From: Acidimicrobiia bacterium
GTDB taxonomy: Bacteria; Actinomycetota; Acidimicrobiia; Spongiisociales; UBA5794
DNA length: 64,000 nucleotides
Direction of reading: 5' to 3'
NCBI GenBank assembly: GCA_026985095.1
Contig: JALSQW010000056.1
Location: 7,144-71,143 of the forward strand
The translations under genes and the position numbers were made by a program. Of this stretch, positions 30,607-40,131 are shown piece by piece. Below the pieces are notes generated by a model that saw nothing but the letters and a program-made list of their open reading frames with translations, had not been told where the DNA came from and ran no database searches. Each line of letters begins with the position of its first letter. Within the stretch, counting starts at the first letter, position 1.

Positions 30607-33600
30607 TCAGGCCTTCGTTGCTTCCTTCCACGCCTTCTTGAAGTGCTTGATCGCCTTGTCGTCTCGACCCGCGCCGACGTAGCGCTCGGCCTTCTCCAGC
30701 TCGCGGATCGCCTTGCGTATCCGTCGCTCGTCGCCACCGCGGGCGATCGCCGCGTCGACCGCATCCGAGGCGAGACGTCGATCGGCGTTCACGAGCAGGT
30801 CGATGATGCCCTGCAGGTCGGCGTCGACCTTGCGCAGCTCCTTGACGGCCTGGCGTTCACGATCGAACACCTTCTTGCCTTCGTGGTCGTCGAGGGTGTA
30901 GGCATCGACCCAGTACTCGGGATCGAGGCTGTCGTCGATCCGCTCGATCGCCTTCGCGATCCGCTTCAGATCCTTGTCCTCGTCCTCCCGCTCGTGGGCG
31001 AACCGGCCGTGGTGGTCGTCGTCTTCCCCGTCGTCGTCGAAGCCGGGCGGGAGGAGCGCCTCGAGCATCATCGTCGCCTGGACCTTCAAGCCGCGGGGGC
31101 TGGTGTCGATCCCGATCACGACCGGATCGTGATCCGAGCTCCGGAACGCATCCGGGTGATAGAGCGCCGCCTGGTTGAAGTCGTTGTAGTCCAGGGCCCG
31201 AGGCTCGTCGGCGTTGACGTGCCAGAAGGCCGCACCCGTCACCTGCTCGGCCATCGATGCGTTGGCCAAGCCGTGATCGAGGTACCCCGACTGGGAGAAG
31301 AAGTTGAACGAGTAGGCCCCGTCTTCCCAGCCGCTTCCGACGAACTCGGCGATCAGGTCGGTGTAACCCCCCGCCTTCAGAGCGTCGATCGGGTCCTCCA
31401 TCGCGTACGAGTTCAGATCGCCGATGATGAGCACGTCGGGATCGTTGCTGTGGGTCGGATCCGACGCCGTCCAATCGGCCAACGCCTCCGCGGCCGCGGT
31501 ACGGGTCAGGTTGCAGTTCCCCTGCCCATCTCCGACGTCGGGGTCGCCCAGCGCGTCGCAGGGGGACCCCTTCGACTTCAGATGGTTGACGACCACCGTG
31601 AAGCGGCCACCGGTCGACGTGTCCACGAACGTCTGCGCCAGCGCCGGCCGGTTCTTGTCGTCGTTGAACCGAGCATCCACCGACGAGTCGAGCACCGCGA
31701 AGGCTCCCACCGGCATCACCGACGCCGGCTGGTAGATGAGCGCCACCCGGATGGCGTCGTCGCCGATCGCGCCCGTTGCCACGTAGTCGTAGGTACCGGC
31801 ACCGAGGGCGCCGTTCAGGCCGTCGACGAGATCCGCCGTCGGCACGTCCCCGGGATGGTTCTCGATCTCCATGAGGCCCACGACATCGGCGTCGAGGCCA
31901 CCGATCGCAGCGACGATCTTGGCCTTCTGACGAGCGAGCTCGTCGGCGCTGTCCGCGCCGCGGCATCCCTGATCACCGTTCGGGCCGCAGATGGGTGCAC
32001 CCGTGTCGATCGTGGTGAAGTAGTTCAACACGTTGAACGACGCCACCGTCAGGTCGCTCCCGACGTCGGGCACACCCGGACGCGGGTTCGTCTGGTCGAA
32101 GGCGACGGTCGCCGTCGGATGGACCTCGTAGTTGCCGAAGCTGTAGCTCAGGACGCCGGTGAGCCCGTCGACCGAGTCGCCGGTCCGCAGCGTCCCGTCG
32201 AACACGAAGTACGGCGGCGGCACCGGGTTCTGACGGGTCGAGCCGTCCTCGAGTTGGATCCGGCTACGGTCGTTCAGGTCCTGGAGGGCCACCGCGGCCG
32301 CTCCCGGCTCGACGACGTTCGTCGGGTTGTCGAGGGGGCCGCCCACCGACAGGTCCACCTCGCCGAAGCGCCCCTGGTTGAAGTTGCCGCTCACGTACAG
32401 CGTCTGGCCGAACGTGACCGCCATGCCCTCCCAGCGTTCCCACTCGCCGATCGACGACACGGGAAGGGTCGGTGCAGCCGCCGTCGGCAACGTCGACCCG
32501 GAAGCGCAGATGGTCAGATCGGTCAGGTCGTTGAGCTCGGTCAAGTCGAAGAACTCGGTCACCGACCCGCGCACGCGGACCGTGTCGCCGACCGACACGT
32601 TGGTCCCGAAGGAGCCCTCGAAGACGAAGATGCCCTCGGAGGTCGCCGGATCGGCGTCCGCATCGGCGTCCTCCTCCTGCAGGAAGAACCCGCCGAGCTG
32701 GTCGGGCCCGTCGAAATCGCCGACCACGACACCCTCGATCGTGCGGATCGACCCCACGTCGGGGCTCGACGATCCCGAGCCCTGGATGTCGTGGATCAAC
32801 GTCGTGGGGACCCCGCACGAACCGAACGGATCGGTCGGCACGGTCACGACCTCGTTGGGAGCGTCGGGGGTGTTGACGGCTTCCCCGACGTCGGGATCGC
32901 CGACGAAACCGGGCAGTCCCCAACCGAAGAAGTCGTTGCGGACCCAGTCCGCGGCCGTATCGGTGTCCGTGCCGTTGGGGATCCGAGAGGCGCCGCCGAC
33001 GGTGAACGACGACCCGTCGTAGCCGCGGGTCAGCACCGTCTCGACGTAGTTGCGGTCCGAGGCTCCTCCGTCGTGGACGCCGACGCCGTCGACGATCCGG
33101 CTCCATGGCGTGACATCGATCGTGCCGTCGTTGTCGATGTCGATGTCGTCGCCGACCGAACCGGTGAACCCTTCCACGAGGAGGATCGTGATCGTGCCGT
33201 TCTCCATGTCCTCGCCGTCGACGAAGAAGCCGGCGCCGTCGGTGGTTCCGACCGTCCCGGCGTAGTCGATCGTGCCGGCGCCGCCCGAGTCGCCCTCGAT
33301 CTCGAGGAGCGTGAACGCCGAATAGTCGGTTGCCGGAGTACCGAGGATCTCGGTGAACGCGGCCGTGTCGGCGCCGGTGTGGTTGGCGACGAACTCGTTG
33401 ACGAGCGGATCGGCAGGACCGCCACCCCCGCCGGTGAACGACTGCCCGGTGTTCACCGCTCCGAACGTGTTCGGCTGCGGCGCTGCCCACGAGAAGTCGC
33501 CGTAGCCCGTCCCGGATCCGGTGAGCTGCAGCGAGTCGCCCACCGGGGTGCTGCCCGGTTCCGACACCCCGATATCGGTGCTGGTCAGACCGTCGGCCGG

Positions 33601-34026
33601 CCCGCCGCTGGCGGTGAACGATCCCTCGTAGGAGAGGAACTGGGCCACCGCACCGGTGTCGTCGATCAGGGCGAGGCCGTCGGGTGCGCCGTTCTGGATC
33701 CCGCTGTGGGAGAAGGCGAGGACGCCGAAGCCACCGCCGAGGTCCGGGATGGTGCCGCTCAAGGCGACCGTGGAGTAGCGCGCGCCGCCGTTGCCGTTGT
33801 ACAGCGCCACAGACCAGCTCGACAGGTCGGTGCCGGCCGGTCCGGCCACCTCGAAGCCCTCGCCGGAGTCGGCGCCGGCGTTGTCGTAGTGGATCTCGTT
33901 GATGAACACGTCGGTCCGTGCGACGGTCGCCCGTGCGGTGCTCGGAACCAGCACCATGAGAGCGGCCGCCGTCGCCGCGACCACGAACGCGCTCGTCGCG
34001 CGCCTCGGAAGTGTCGTTGACACCAT
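30607..34026 (-). CDS. ExeM/NucH family extracellular endonuclease (lamin-tail domains + OB-fold + endonuclease/exonuclease/phosphatase domain)
   Basis: Signal peptide. Two lamin-tail-domain-like segments (VFINEIHYDNAGADSGEGFEV, PLVNEFVANHTGADTAAFTE). Endonuclease/exonuclease/phosphatase motifs (VASFNVLNYF, VNHLKSKGS, IGDLNSY, SDHDPV). A K/E-rich C-terminal tail. Confidence 0.85.
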   Translation of the reverse strand: MVSTTLPRRATSAFVVAATAAALMVLVPSTARATVARTDVFINEIHYDNAGADSGEGFEVAGPAGTDLSSWSVALYNGNGGARYSTVALSGTIPDLGGGFGVLAFSHSGIQNGAPDGLALIDDTGAVAQFLSYEGSFTASGGPADGLTSTDIGVSEPGSTPVGDSLQLTGSGTGYGDFSWAAPQPNTFGAVNTGQSFTGGGGGPADPLVNEFVANHTGADTAAFTEILGTPATDYSAFTLLEIEGDSGGAGTIDYAGTVGTTDGAGFFVDGEDMENGTITILLVEGFTGSVGDDIDIDNDGTIDVTPWSRIVDGVGVHDGGASDRNYVETVLTRGYDGSSFTVGGASRIPNGTDTDTAADWVRNDFFGWGLPGFVGDPDVGEAVNTPDAPNEVVTVPTDPFGSCGVPTTLIHDIQGSGSSSPDVGSIRTIEGVVVGDFDGPDQLGGFFLQEEDADADADPATSEGIFVFEGSFGTNVSVGDTVRVRGSVTEFFDLTELNDLTDLTICASGSTLPTAAAPTLPVSSIGEWERWEGMAVTFGQTLYVSGNFNQGRFGEVDLSVGGPLDNPTNVVEPGAAAVALQDLNDRSRIQLEDGSTRQNPVPPPYFVFDGTLRTGDSVDGLTGVLSYSFGNYEVHPTATVAFDQTNPRPGVPDVGSDLTVASFNVLNYFTTIDTGAPICGPNGDQGCRGADSADELARQKAKIVAAIGGLDADVVGLMEIENHPGDVPTADLVDGLNGALGAGTYDYVATGAIGDDAIRVALIYQPASVMPVGAFAVLDSSVDARFNDDKNRPALAQTFVDTSTGGRFTVVVNHLKSKGSPCDALGDPDVGDGQGNCNLTRTAAAEALADWTASDPTHSNDPDVLIIGDLNSYAMEDPIDALKAGGYTDLIAEFVGSGWEDGAYSFNFFSQSGYLDHGLANASMAEQVTGAAFWHVNADEPRALDYNDFNQAALYHPDAFRSSDHDPVVIGIDTSPRGLKVQATMMLEALLPPGFDDDGEDDDHHGRFAHEREDEDKDLKRIAKAIERIDDSLDPEYWVDAYTLDDHEGKKVFDRERQAVKELRKVDADLQGIIDLLVNADRRLASDAVDAAIARGGDERRIRKAIRELEKAERYVGAGRDDKAIKHFKKAWKEATKA

Positions 34027-34227
34027 TCACCCCTTCGTCTGCAGCGATCTCTCCGATCGCCTCCCGTGCGCGTCGGACGCGCTGGACTCTCCTCTCGGTC
34101 AACCCTAGACGGCGCCGACACCGAGCGCGGCGGACTAGTCACGTCGGGTGGCATTGGGTCGCCCGACCCATGGTGACCTCCCCCGCTGCACGGTACATTC
34201 GAGACGTTCACCACCACGGGGGCACCG

Positions 34228-34410
34228 ATGTCGATGATGGAGATCATGCAGAAGACCTGGGCCAGGCTGCTGTCGGATGAACGGGGCGCCAGCCTCGTCG
34301 AGTATGCCTTGCTGGTCACGTTCATCGCGATCGCCGCGTTCGCCGCGGTCGCGTTCTTCGGGAACGAACTGAACTCGAGCTACTCGGACATCACCACGTC
34401 GATGCCCTGA
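34228..34410 (+). CDS. flp: Flp family type IVb (Tad) pilin precursor
   Basis: 60 aa. The ERGASLVEYALLVTFIAIAAFAAV segment matches the Flp prepilin G/xxxxEY processing motif and hydrophobic core. Confidence 0.8.
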   Translation: MSMMEIMQKTWARLLSDERGASLVEYALLVTFIAIAAFAAVAFFGNELNSSYSDITTSMP

Positions 34411-34444
34411 CGGCCGCCCCGGATCTCGGGCGAACGCCGAGGGT

Positions 34445-34678
34445 TCACACCGGCGGCTGGGTGAGGAGGTCGGACGCCGCGGCGACGTCCTCGGGCCGGA
34501 CGAGGAGACGAGCACCGCCGGTCGCCATGCCCAACGGCGGAAGCGCACCACCCGCGTCGTCCTCCAGCACGAGCGCATCGATCCCGTTGTCTTCGAGGAG
34601 CGCCCGGGCCGCCTCTGCCTCGAACGCCGTGGCGAACCGCGCCACCTCGACCGGCGCGGCGTGCGTGTCGTCGACCAT
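34445..34678 (-). CDS. DUF2007 (putative signal-transducing) small protein
   Basis: 77 aa. AGGAGG ribosome-binding site. VARFATAFEAEAARALLEDNGIDAL matches the DUF2007 pattern. Confidence 0.6.
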   Translation of the reverse strand: MVDDTHAAPVEVARFATAFEAEAARALLEDNGIDALVLEDDAGGALPPLGMATGGARLLVRPEDVAAASDLLTQPPV

Positions 34679-34731
34679 GGAGCCTCCTGGGGGTGGGGAC
34701 CCCAGATGGTAGAGCCGACGCCCGACCAACC

Positions 34732-35373
34732 TCAGGGCTCCAGTCCCACCGGGCACGACACCCCCGTGCCGCCGATCCCGCAGTAGCCGTTCGGGTTCTT
34801 CGCCAGGTACTGCTGGTGGTATTCCTCGGCGTAGTAGAACGGCCCTGCACGAGCGATCTCGGTCGTGATCGGACCGTAACCAGCCGCGGTGAGCTGTGCC
34901 TGGTACAGGACCTTCGACCGTTCGGCGGCGTCGCGTTGGGCCTCCGACGTCCAGTAGATGGCCGAGCGGTACTGGGTGCCGACGTCGTTGCCCTGCCGCA
35001 TGCCCTGCGTCGGATCGTGGTTCTCCCAGAACGTCGTCAGGAGCTGCTCGTAGGAGATCCGCTCGGGATCGAACACGACCAGCACGACCTCGGCGTGGCC
35101 GGTGCGGCCCGAGCACGTGTCCTCGTAGGTCGGGTTCGCCGTGGTCCCTCCTGCGTAGCCGACCGCGGTCGCTTCCACCCCGGGGAGCTCCCAGAAGATG
35201 CGTTCGGCACCCCAGAAACAGCCCATCCCGAAGATCGCCCGCTCCGAGCCCTCCGGGAAGGGCGGGACGATCGGACGGCCGCTCACGAAATGGACGCCCG
35301 AGATCTCCATCGGACGGTCACGGTCCGGCAGGGCTCGCCCTCCGGCTTCCTGGTTCTTCCGTCGGTTCCACAT
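34732..35373 (-). CDS. msrA: peptide-methionine (S)-S-oxide reductase
   Basis: GCFWG active-site motif with C-terminal Cys residues. Full-length MsrA similarity. Confidence 0.9.
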   Translation of the reverse strand: MWNRRKNQEAGGRALPDRDRPMEISGVHFVSGRPIVPPFPEGSERAIFGMGCFWGAERIFWELPGVEATAVGYAGGTTANPTYEDTCSGRTGHAEVVLVVFDPERISYEQLLTTFWENHDPTQGMRQGNDVGTQYRSAIYWTSEAQRDAAERSKVLYQAQLTAAGYGPITTEIARAGPFYYAEEYHQQYLAKNPNGYCGIGGTGVSCPVGLEP

Positions 35374-35380
35374 GGTCCGC

Positions 35381-36190
35381 TCAACGCTCACGGCACGGAT
35401 CGTGTTCCGGGCCGGCCAGCCAGCGGAGGATCTCCTCGGCGACCGTCTCCCACCGGGCGCCGAGCATGAGATCGTGGCCGGCACCGTCGACGATGAGCGG
35501 TTCGGTCCCGTACGCCCGAGCCGTGGCCGCCACTTCGCCGGTCGTGAAGATCGCGTCCTCGCTGCCGCCGATCACCAGCATCGGCGATCGCACCAGTCGG
35601 GTCCGGACCGGAACGAACATCCCCAGGTACGCCGTGTACGACTCGTCCTGCAGCCGGTCGAGGTACCGGCCGGCGAGGTCGTCGGGCATGTCCGGATCGA
35701 ACAACAACCGGGCAGCCCGTGCGCGGTCCTCGACGATCGGCCACATCGACCACGTCGCGGTCGCCTTGGCGAGGGCGGCCGGATGACGCGCGCCGATCCG
35801 GATCGACGCCGCCGCCACGCCCCGATGGGGCACGGGGGCCAGGAGCACCCCCGGGCCGCCGCGCCGGCGTGCCAGATAGCGTTGCACGAGGTAGCCGCCC
35901 ATGGAGTGGCCCACCAGGACGGTCGTGCGGGGGAGCGCGGCCAGGGCGCGGTGGATGTCGGACAGATAGTCCCCGATCGTCACCCTGCGCAGGTCCGGTC
36001 TCGGGCCGGGGGGCGTCCCGTCTCCGTGGAAACGCAGGTCGATGGCGTAGGCGTCGTGGCCGGCGTCTGCGAACCGGTCGAGGAAGTGCTCCGCCCAACA
36101 CCACGATCCATGCCAGGCTCCATGGACGAACAGGACCGGGCATCGTCCGGCCGGATCGGCCTTGCGGGAGACGATCGTCGCGTCGCTCAC
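35381..36190 (-). CDS. alpha/beta hydrolase
   Basis: HG oxyanion hole (LFVHGAWHG). Nucleophile elbow GHSMGG. Start set at a GTG after the terminator hairpin. Confidence 0.7.
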   Translation of the reverse strand: MSDATIVSRKADPAGRCPVLFVHGAWHGSWCWAEHFLDRFADAGHDAYAIDLRFHGDGTPPGPRPDLRRVTIGDYLSDIHRALAALPRTTVLVGHSMGGYLVQRYLARRRGGPGVLLAPVPHRGVAAASIRIGARHPAALAKATATWSMWPIVEDRARAARLLFDPDMPDDLAGRYLDRLQDESYTAYLGMFVPVRTRLVRSPMLVIGGSEDAIFTTGEVAATARAYGTEPLIVDGAGHDLMLGARWETVAEEILRWLAGPEHDPCRER

Positions 36191-36210
36191 GCCCCGATCG
36201 TATCGAACGA

Positions 36211-36240
36211 GGAGGGGCGGCGTCGAAGCGCCGCCCCTCC
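36211..36240 (-). terminator. strong GC hairpin (12-bp perfect stem ggaggggcggcg/cgccgcccctcc, loop tcgaag) downstream of the secreted-protein gene
   Basis: The inverted repeat is seen directly. It lies 20 bp after the stop of 36261..37187(-). Confidence 0.55.
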
Positions 36241-36260
36241 CATCGTCGGGATGGCGGGGG

Positions 36261-37187
36261 TCATCCCTCGTGTTCGGCTCCGGTGCGGACGAAGGAGAAC
36301 ACGGCCCGACCACCGTCGGAGCTCTCGATGACCACGGTGAACGGATCGTCGAACGGGGCCTCGGGGAACGTGACCTTGGCCTCCCACTTGCCGCGGTCGT
36401 TGGCGGTCGTGGTCGCCGATCCGTAGGGGGATTCGATCCACACGGTGGCGCCGGGGGTCGCTCGGCCGTAGAACACGTCGTAGGGCACCGGTTCGGAGCA
36501 CGAGCCGTACTTCTGGTAGGCCTCGAACTCGACCTCGGCGGGCGGTGGCTCCTCGCCCTTGTCGCCCTTGTCGCCCTCGTCGGCGGCCGGAGCGTCGTAG
36601 AACACCGTCACCGATCGCTCCGTCTCGTTCCCGGTCTCGTCGACGGCCAGGAACGACACCACGTTCTTGCCCGGGGCGAGGACCAGCTCGATACGCCATC
36701 CGTCGTCGCTCACCTCGGCCTGGTACTTGCCCCGGTGGACCGTGGCGCCGGGCTGGACCGAGCCTTCGAACACGGCGACGGCGCGGTCGAACCGCGTCTC
36801 GTTCTCCGGGTAGTCGATCGAGAACTCCGGGCCGGCGGGCTCGTGTTCGGGCTCGTCGGCTTCGGCTTCGGGCTCGTCGGCTTCGGCTTCGGGCTCGTCG
36901 GCTTCGGCTTCGTTGGCTTCGGGCTCGTTGGCCTCGGGCTCGGTCCCGTCGGTCTTGTCGACCTCGGGGATCTCCGACCGGTGCTCCGGCTCGACGACCT
37001 CAGGCTCGTCGGCCTCATCCCCGACCTGCTCGTCGCCCACGGGGACCGTCAGCTCGGAGGCGGCATCGAACATGGCCACCGGATCGTCGGATCCCACCGA
37101 GAACGTCCCGACCTGCGCCAGGGCGACCCCGGCGACCAAGACGACGGTGAACGCCACCGTGAAGATCGTCAGCGAACGTCGTTTCAT
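36261..37187 (-). CDS. secreted protein with an acidic EPEAEAD tandem-repeat linker and Ig-like beta domains
   Basis: Signal peptide MKRRSLTIFTVAFTVVLVAGVALA. Acidic heptad repeats. The C-terminal part is beta-rich. Confidence 0.65.
   Translation of the reverse strand: MKRRSLTIFTVAFTVVLVAGVALAQVGTFSVGSDDPVAMFDAASELTVPVGDEQVGDEADEPEVVEPEHRSEIPEVDKTDGTEPEANEPEANEAEADEPEAEADEPEAEADEPEHEPAGPEFSIDYPENETRFDRAVAVFEGSVQPGATVHRGKYQAEVSDDGWRIELVLAPGKNVVSFLAVDETGNETERSVTVFYDAPAADEGDKGDKGEEPPPAEVEFEAYQKYGSCSEPVPYDVFYGRATPGATVWIESPYGSATTTANDRGKWEAKVTFPEAPFDDPFTVVIESSDGGRAVFSFVRTGAEHEG
36849..36911. repeat. perfect 21-bp tandem repeat x3 (gggctcgtcggcttcggcttc), in-frame within the secreted protein gene
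   Basis: Seen directly. Degenerate copies follow. Confidence 0.85.
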
Positions 37188-37288
37188 GTCTGCTCCCTCG
37201 TCGATGCCCCGACCTGCGGAGCACTGGCCACTTCTCGGGGTCACTCGCCGCACGAGCCCGGAAGGTTTACCCGTGTACCGTTCGGCCC

Positions 37289-37918
37289 ATGCAGGCCCAG
37301 ACCGTCTACGAGATCATCGGGTACGTCGCGTCCCTCCTCGTCGTGGTCTCGCTGGCGATGAGCAGCCTCATCCGGCTCCGGATCGTCAACCTCGCCGGCG
37401 CGTTCCTGTTCGCCGTGTACGGAGCCCTCATCTCGGCGTGGCCGATCGTGATCACCAACGGGGTCATCGCAGTCATCGACGTGTACTTCCTGTGGAAAGC
37501 CCTCCGAGACGAAGCCTCGTTCGGGCTGCTGGCGGTGCGGCCCGACTCGGCCTACCTCCGTCAGTTCCTCGACTTCTACGCCGTCGACATCCGCATGTTC
37601 CTTCCCGACTTCGATCCCGACGACCTCCGCACCGCCGACGTCGTCCGCCTCCTTCTCCGCAACGCGGTCCCGATCGGCGTCTTCGTCGGCAGGCCCGCCG
37701 GCGACGGCGTGTTGGAGGTCCTCGTCGACTACGTCATCCCCGAATACCGCGACTTCAAGACGGGCCGGTTCCTCTACCGGAACCGGGCCGAACGGTTCCG
37801 TCAGGCCGGCTACCGGCAGCTCATCGCCCGCCGGGGCTCACCCCGCCACGACGCCTACCTCGAGAAGATGGGGTTCCGGCGTCGCGGGAACCATCACGTC
37901 CTGGTGACCGCCGCCTGA
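37289..37918 (+). CDS. membrane protein (YgjV-like 3-TM N-terminus) with a GNAT-like C-terminal domain
   Basis: Hydrophobic N-terminus. The C-terminal FLYRNRAERFRQAGYRQLI...YLEKMGF resembles a GNAT beta6-beta7 region. Confidence 0.45.
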   Translation: MQAQTVYEIIGYVASLLVVVSLAMSSLIRLRIVNLAGAFLFAVYGALISAWPIVITNGVIAVIDVYFLWKALRDEASFGLLAVRPDSAYLRQFLDFYAVDIRMFLPDFDPDDLRTADVVRLLLRNAVPIGVFVGRPAGDGVLEVLVDYVIPEYRDFKTGRFLYRNRAERFRQAGYRQLIARRGSPRHDAYLEKMGFRRRGNHHVLVTAA

Positions 37919-38739
37919 TCGGAGGCGGTCCTCGCCACCGTCCGGACGGCCAGGACGACGAAGAACAGCGCCACCGCCACGAACGACATCGTCGCCCCAC
38001 CGGCCGTATCGAGATGGAAGCTCACCACCAGCCCGGCGACGACCGACAACATCCCCAACACCGCCGCCACGACCATCATCGCCGGCACCCGCCGCGTCAC
38101 GAGCGCGGCGGTCGCCGGCGGGGCGACCAGCAGACCGAACACCAGCAGCGCCCCCACGGTGCGGAACGACGTCACGATCGCCAACGTCACCAGGCCCAAC
38201 ATGACCAGATGCGTCCAGCGCGGAGCGAGACCGAGGACCTCGGCCTTGGCCTCGTTGAACGACAACGCCAGCAACGGCCGGTACAGGACGACCACCGACA
38301 CGAGCACCACGATCCCCACGGCGCCGTTGAGGATCAGATCCCCGGTGGTCGTGCCCAACACGTCCCCGAACAGGATCGCGACCACGTCGACGGCGAACGA
38401 CCCCGATCGAGAGATGATGATCACCCCCAGGGCCAGCATCCCGACGAACAGCAGACCGATGGCGGTGTCCTCGGACAGTTTGGTCGTGCGATGGATCAGC
38501 GAGATCGCCGCGATCATGACGACCGCCGCCGCTGCGGCGCCCACCATGGGGTTCACGTCGAGCAGGAACGCCACCGCGATGCCCGGAACCACCCCGTGGG
38601 CCAAGGCGTCGCCCATGAACGCCAGGCCCCGCATCACGACCCAGGTGCCCACCAGCGAGGTCGTGACGGCCACCAGCAGGCCCGCGACGAGCGCGCGTTG
38701 CATGAACTCGAGCTGGAACGGCTCCAGTAGCCATTGCAC
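37894..38739 (-). CDS. znuB: metal (Zn/Mn) ABC transporter permease
   Basis: ABC-3 family permease motifs with 8 TM helices. Confidence 0.85.
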   Translation of the reverse strand: MQWLLEPFQLEFMQRALVAGLLVAVTTSLVGTWVVMRGLAFMGDALAHGVVPGIAVAFLLDVNPMVGAAAAAVVMIAAISLIHRTTKLSEDTAIGLLFVGMLALGVIIISRSGSFAVDVVAILFGDVLGTTTGDLILNGAVGIVVLVSVVVLYRPLLALSFNEAKAEVLGLAPRWTHLVMLGLVTLAIVTSFRTVGALLVFGLLVAPPATAALVTRRVPAMMVVAAVLGMLSVVAGLVVSFHLDTAGGATMSFVAVALFFVVLAVRTVARTASDQAAVTRT

Positions 38740-38772
38740 GGTCCGCCCGCTCCTTCCTCCCCGCCCGTAGAA

Positions 38773-38787
38773 TGAGAACGAATCTCA
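38773..38787. promoter_or_regulatory. putative Zur box palindrome TGAGA-acgaa-TCTCA in the divergent znuB / zur-znuC promoter region
   Basis: The inverted repeat is seen directly. It resembles the actinobacterial Zur consensus (TGAaAAtgATTtTCA). Confidence 0.45.
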
Positions 38788-38818
38788 GTTGGGGAGTCTA
38801 CCCGAGGAGGCGGGGACG

Positions 38819-39280
38819 ATGACCGGCAGACCAACGGTCCCGACGGCCGAGCCCGGGGAATCCGTTCTCCGACGCGCGGCGGACGCCGGGCTCCGGCTCA
38901 CCAGAGCACGGCGGGCGGTCGTCGCCGCCCTCGAGGCGTGCACCGGGCCGACCACCGCCGCCGACCTCGCCGAACGCCTCGCCGACGTCCCCATCTCGTC
39001 GCTGTACCGCAGCCTCGCCGTGCTCGTCGACGCCGGCGTCGTCGCCCGCGTCCACGAGACCGAAGGCATCGCCCGCTTCGAGCTCGCCGAAGCCGTCGCC
39101 GGGCACCATCACCACCTGGTCTGTCGATCCTGCGGCACCGTCATCGATGTTCGGCCCACGCCCAGCGCCGACGACACGGTCGCCGGGATCGTCGAGGCCG
39201 AAGCCGCCCGGCACGGGTTCACGGCCACCGGCCACCACGTCGACATCGAAGGAGTGTGCGCCGCATGCCGGACGCCGTAG
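38819..39280 (+). CDS. zur: Fur family transcriptional regulator, likely Zur
   Basis: GAGGAGG ribosome-binding site. Fur fold with HHHHLVCRSCG ... C..C metal sites. Confidence 0.8.
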   Translation: MTGRPTVPTAEPGESVLRRAADAGLRLTRARRAVVAALEACTGPTTAADLAERLADVPISSLYRSLAVLVDAGVVARVHETEGIARFELAEAVAGHHHHLVCRSCGTVIDVRPTPSADDTVAGIVEAEAARHGFTATGHHVDIEGVCAACRTP

Positions 39281-40062
39281 CCGCCTCCGGGACCGGCGTC
39301 GCCGTCACCTACGGGCGTCGCATCGCCATCGCCGCCTCGGACTTCACGATCCCCGCCGGCCGCTTGACCGCCGTCATCGGGCCCAACGGGTCGGGCAAGT
39401 CGACGCTGCTCAACCTCCTCACCGGTCTCGTCGAACCCGCCTCGGGAACCGTCGAGGTGCTCGGGACCGACCCGGTGTCCGCCCGTGCCCGGGTCGCCTA
39501 CGTCCTCCAGACCAACGCCGTCAACGAAGCCGTACCCATCACCGTCCGCGAGGTCGTGGCCATGGGCCGCTACGCGGAGCTCGGTCCGTTCCGACCGTTC
39601 CGCGACCCCGATCGCCGGCTGGTCTCCCAGGCGATGGAACGCCTCGGCGTGACCGACCTCCACGACCGTCACCTCGGCGAGCTCTCGGGCGGACAGCGCC
39701 AGCGGGTCTTCGTCGCCCAGGGTCTCGCCCAGAGCGCCGAGTTGCTCCTCCTCGACGAACCGGTCACGGGGCTCGACCTCGTCTCCCGTCAGCGGATCAT
39801 CGACGTCGTCCGCGACGAACTCGATCTCGGTCGAACCGTGGTGTACACCACCCACGATCTCGCCGACGCTGCCGAAGCCGACCACATCATCCTCATGGCG
39901 TCCAAGGTCTTCGCCCAGGGGCCCCCCGACGTCGTGTTGGACCCCGATCTGCTCTCCACGGCCTTCGGCGTCGGCATCATCCACTTCGGTGACGGTCACC
40001 TGGCCCTCGACGACGGCCACCACGTGCCCGGGCGCCACGTCCACTTCGAACGCAAACGCTGA
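39265..40062 (+). CDS. znuC: metal ABC transporter ATP-binding protein
   Basis: Walker A GPNGSGKST, signature LSGGQRQR, Walker B LLLDEP. It overlaps zur by 16 nt. Confidence 0.85.
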   Translation: MPDAVAASGTGVAVTYGRRIAIAASDFTIPAGRLTAVIGPNGSGKSTLLNLLTGLVEPASGTVEVLGTDPVSARARVAYVLQTNAVNEAVPITVREVVAMGRYAELGPFRPFRDPDRRLVSQAMERLGVTDLHDRHLGELSGGQRQRVFVAQGLAQSAELLLLDEPVTGLDLVSRQRIIDVVRDELDLGRTVVYTTHDLADAAEADHIILMASKVFAQGPPDVVLDPDLLSTAFGVGIIHFGDGHLALDDGHHVPGRHVHFERKR

Positions 40063-40131
40063 CGCGCCGGCATCGGCCATCGCGCCGCCGGCCGTCGAGA
40101 CGCGGGCCGTGCACCGGGTACGATTGACGCC

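Noticed and set aside
30352-34020. 1222-aa plus-strand ORF and 32264..34102 612-aa minus-strand ORF
   Set aside because: They are antisense to, or off-frame within, the ExeM/NucH nuclease gene and have Arg/Gly/Asp-rich junk composition.
34027-34227. A possible tRNA or small RNA in the 200-bp gap between the nuclease start and flp
   Set aside because: I found no cloverleaf or conserved small-RNA motif by eye. This is probably just a divergent promoter region.
36913-38730. 605-aa plus-strand ORF
   Set aside because: It runs antisense through znuB and the adjacent membrane-protein gene, and is His/Arg/Asp/Pro-rich.
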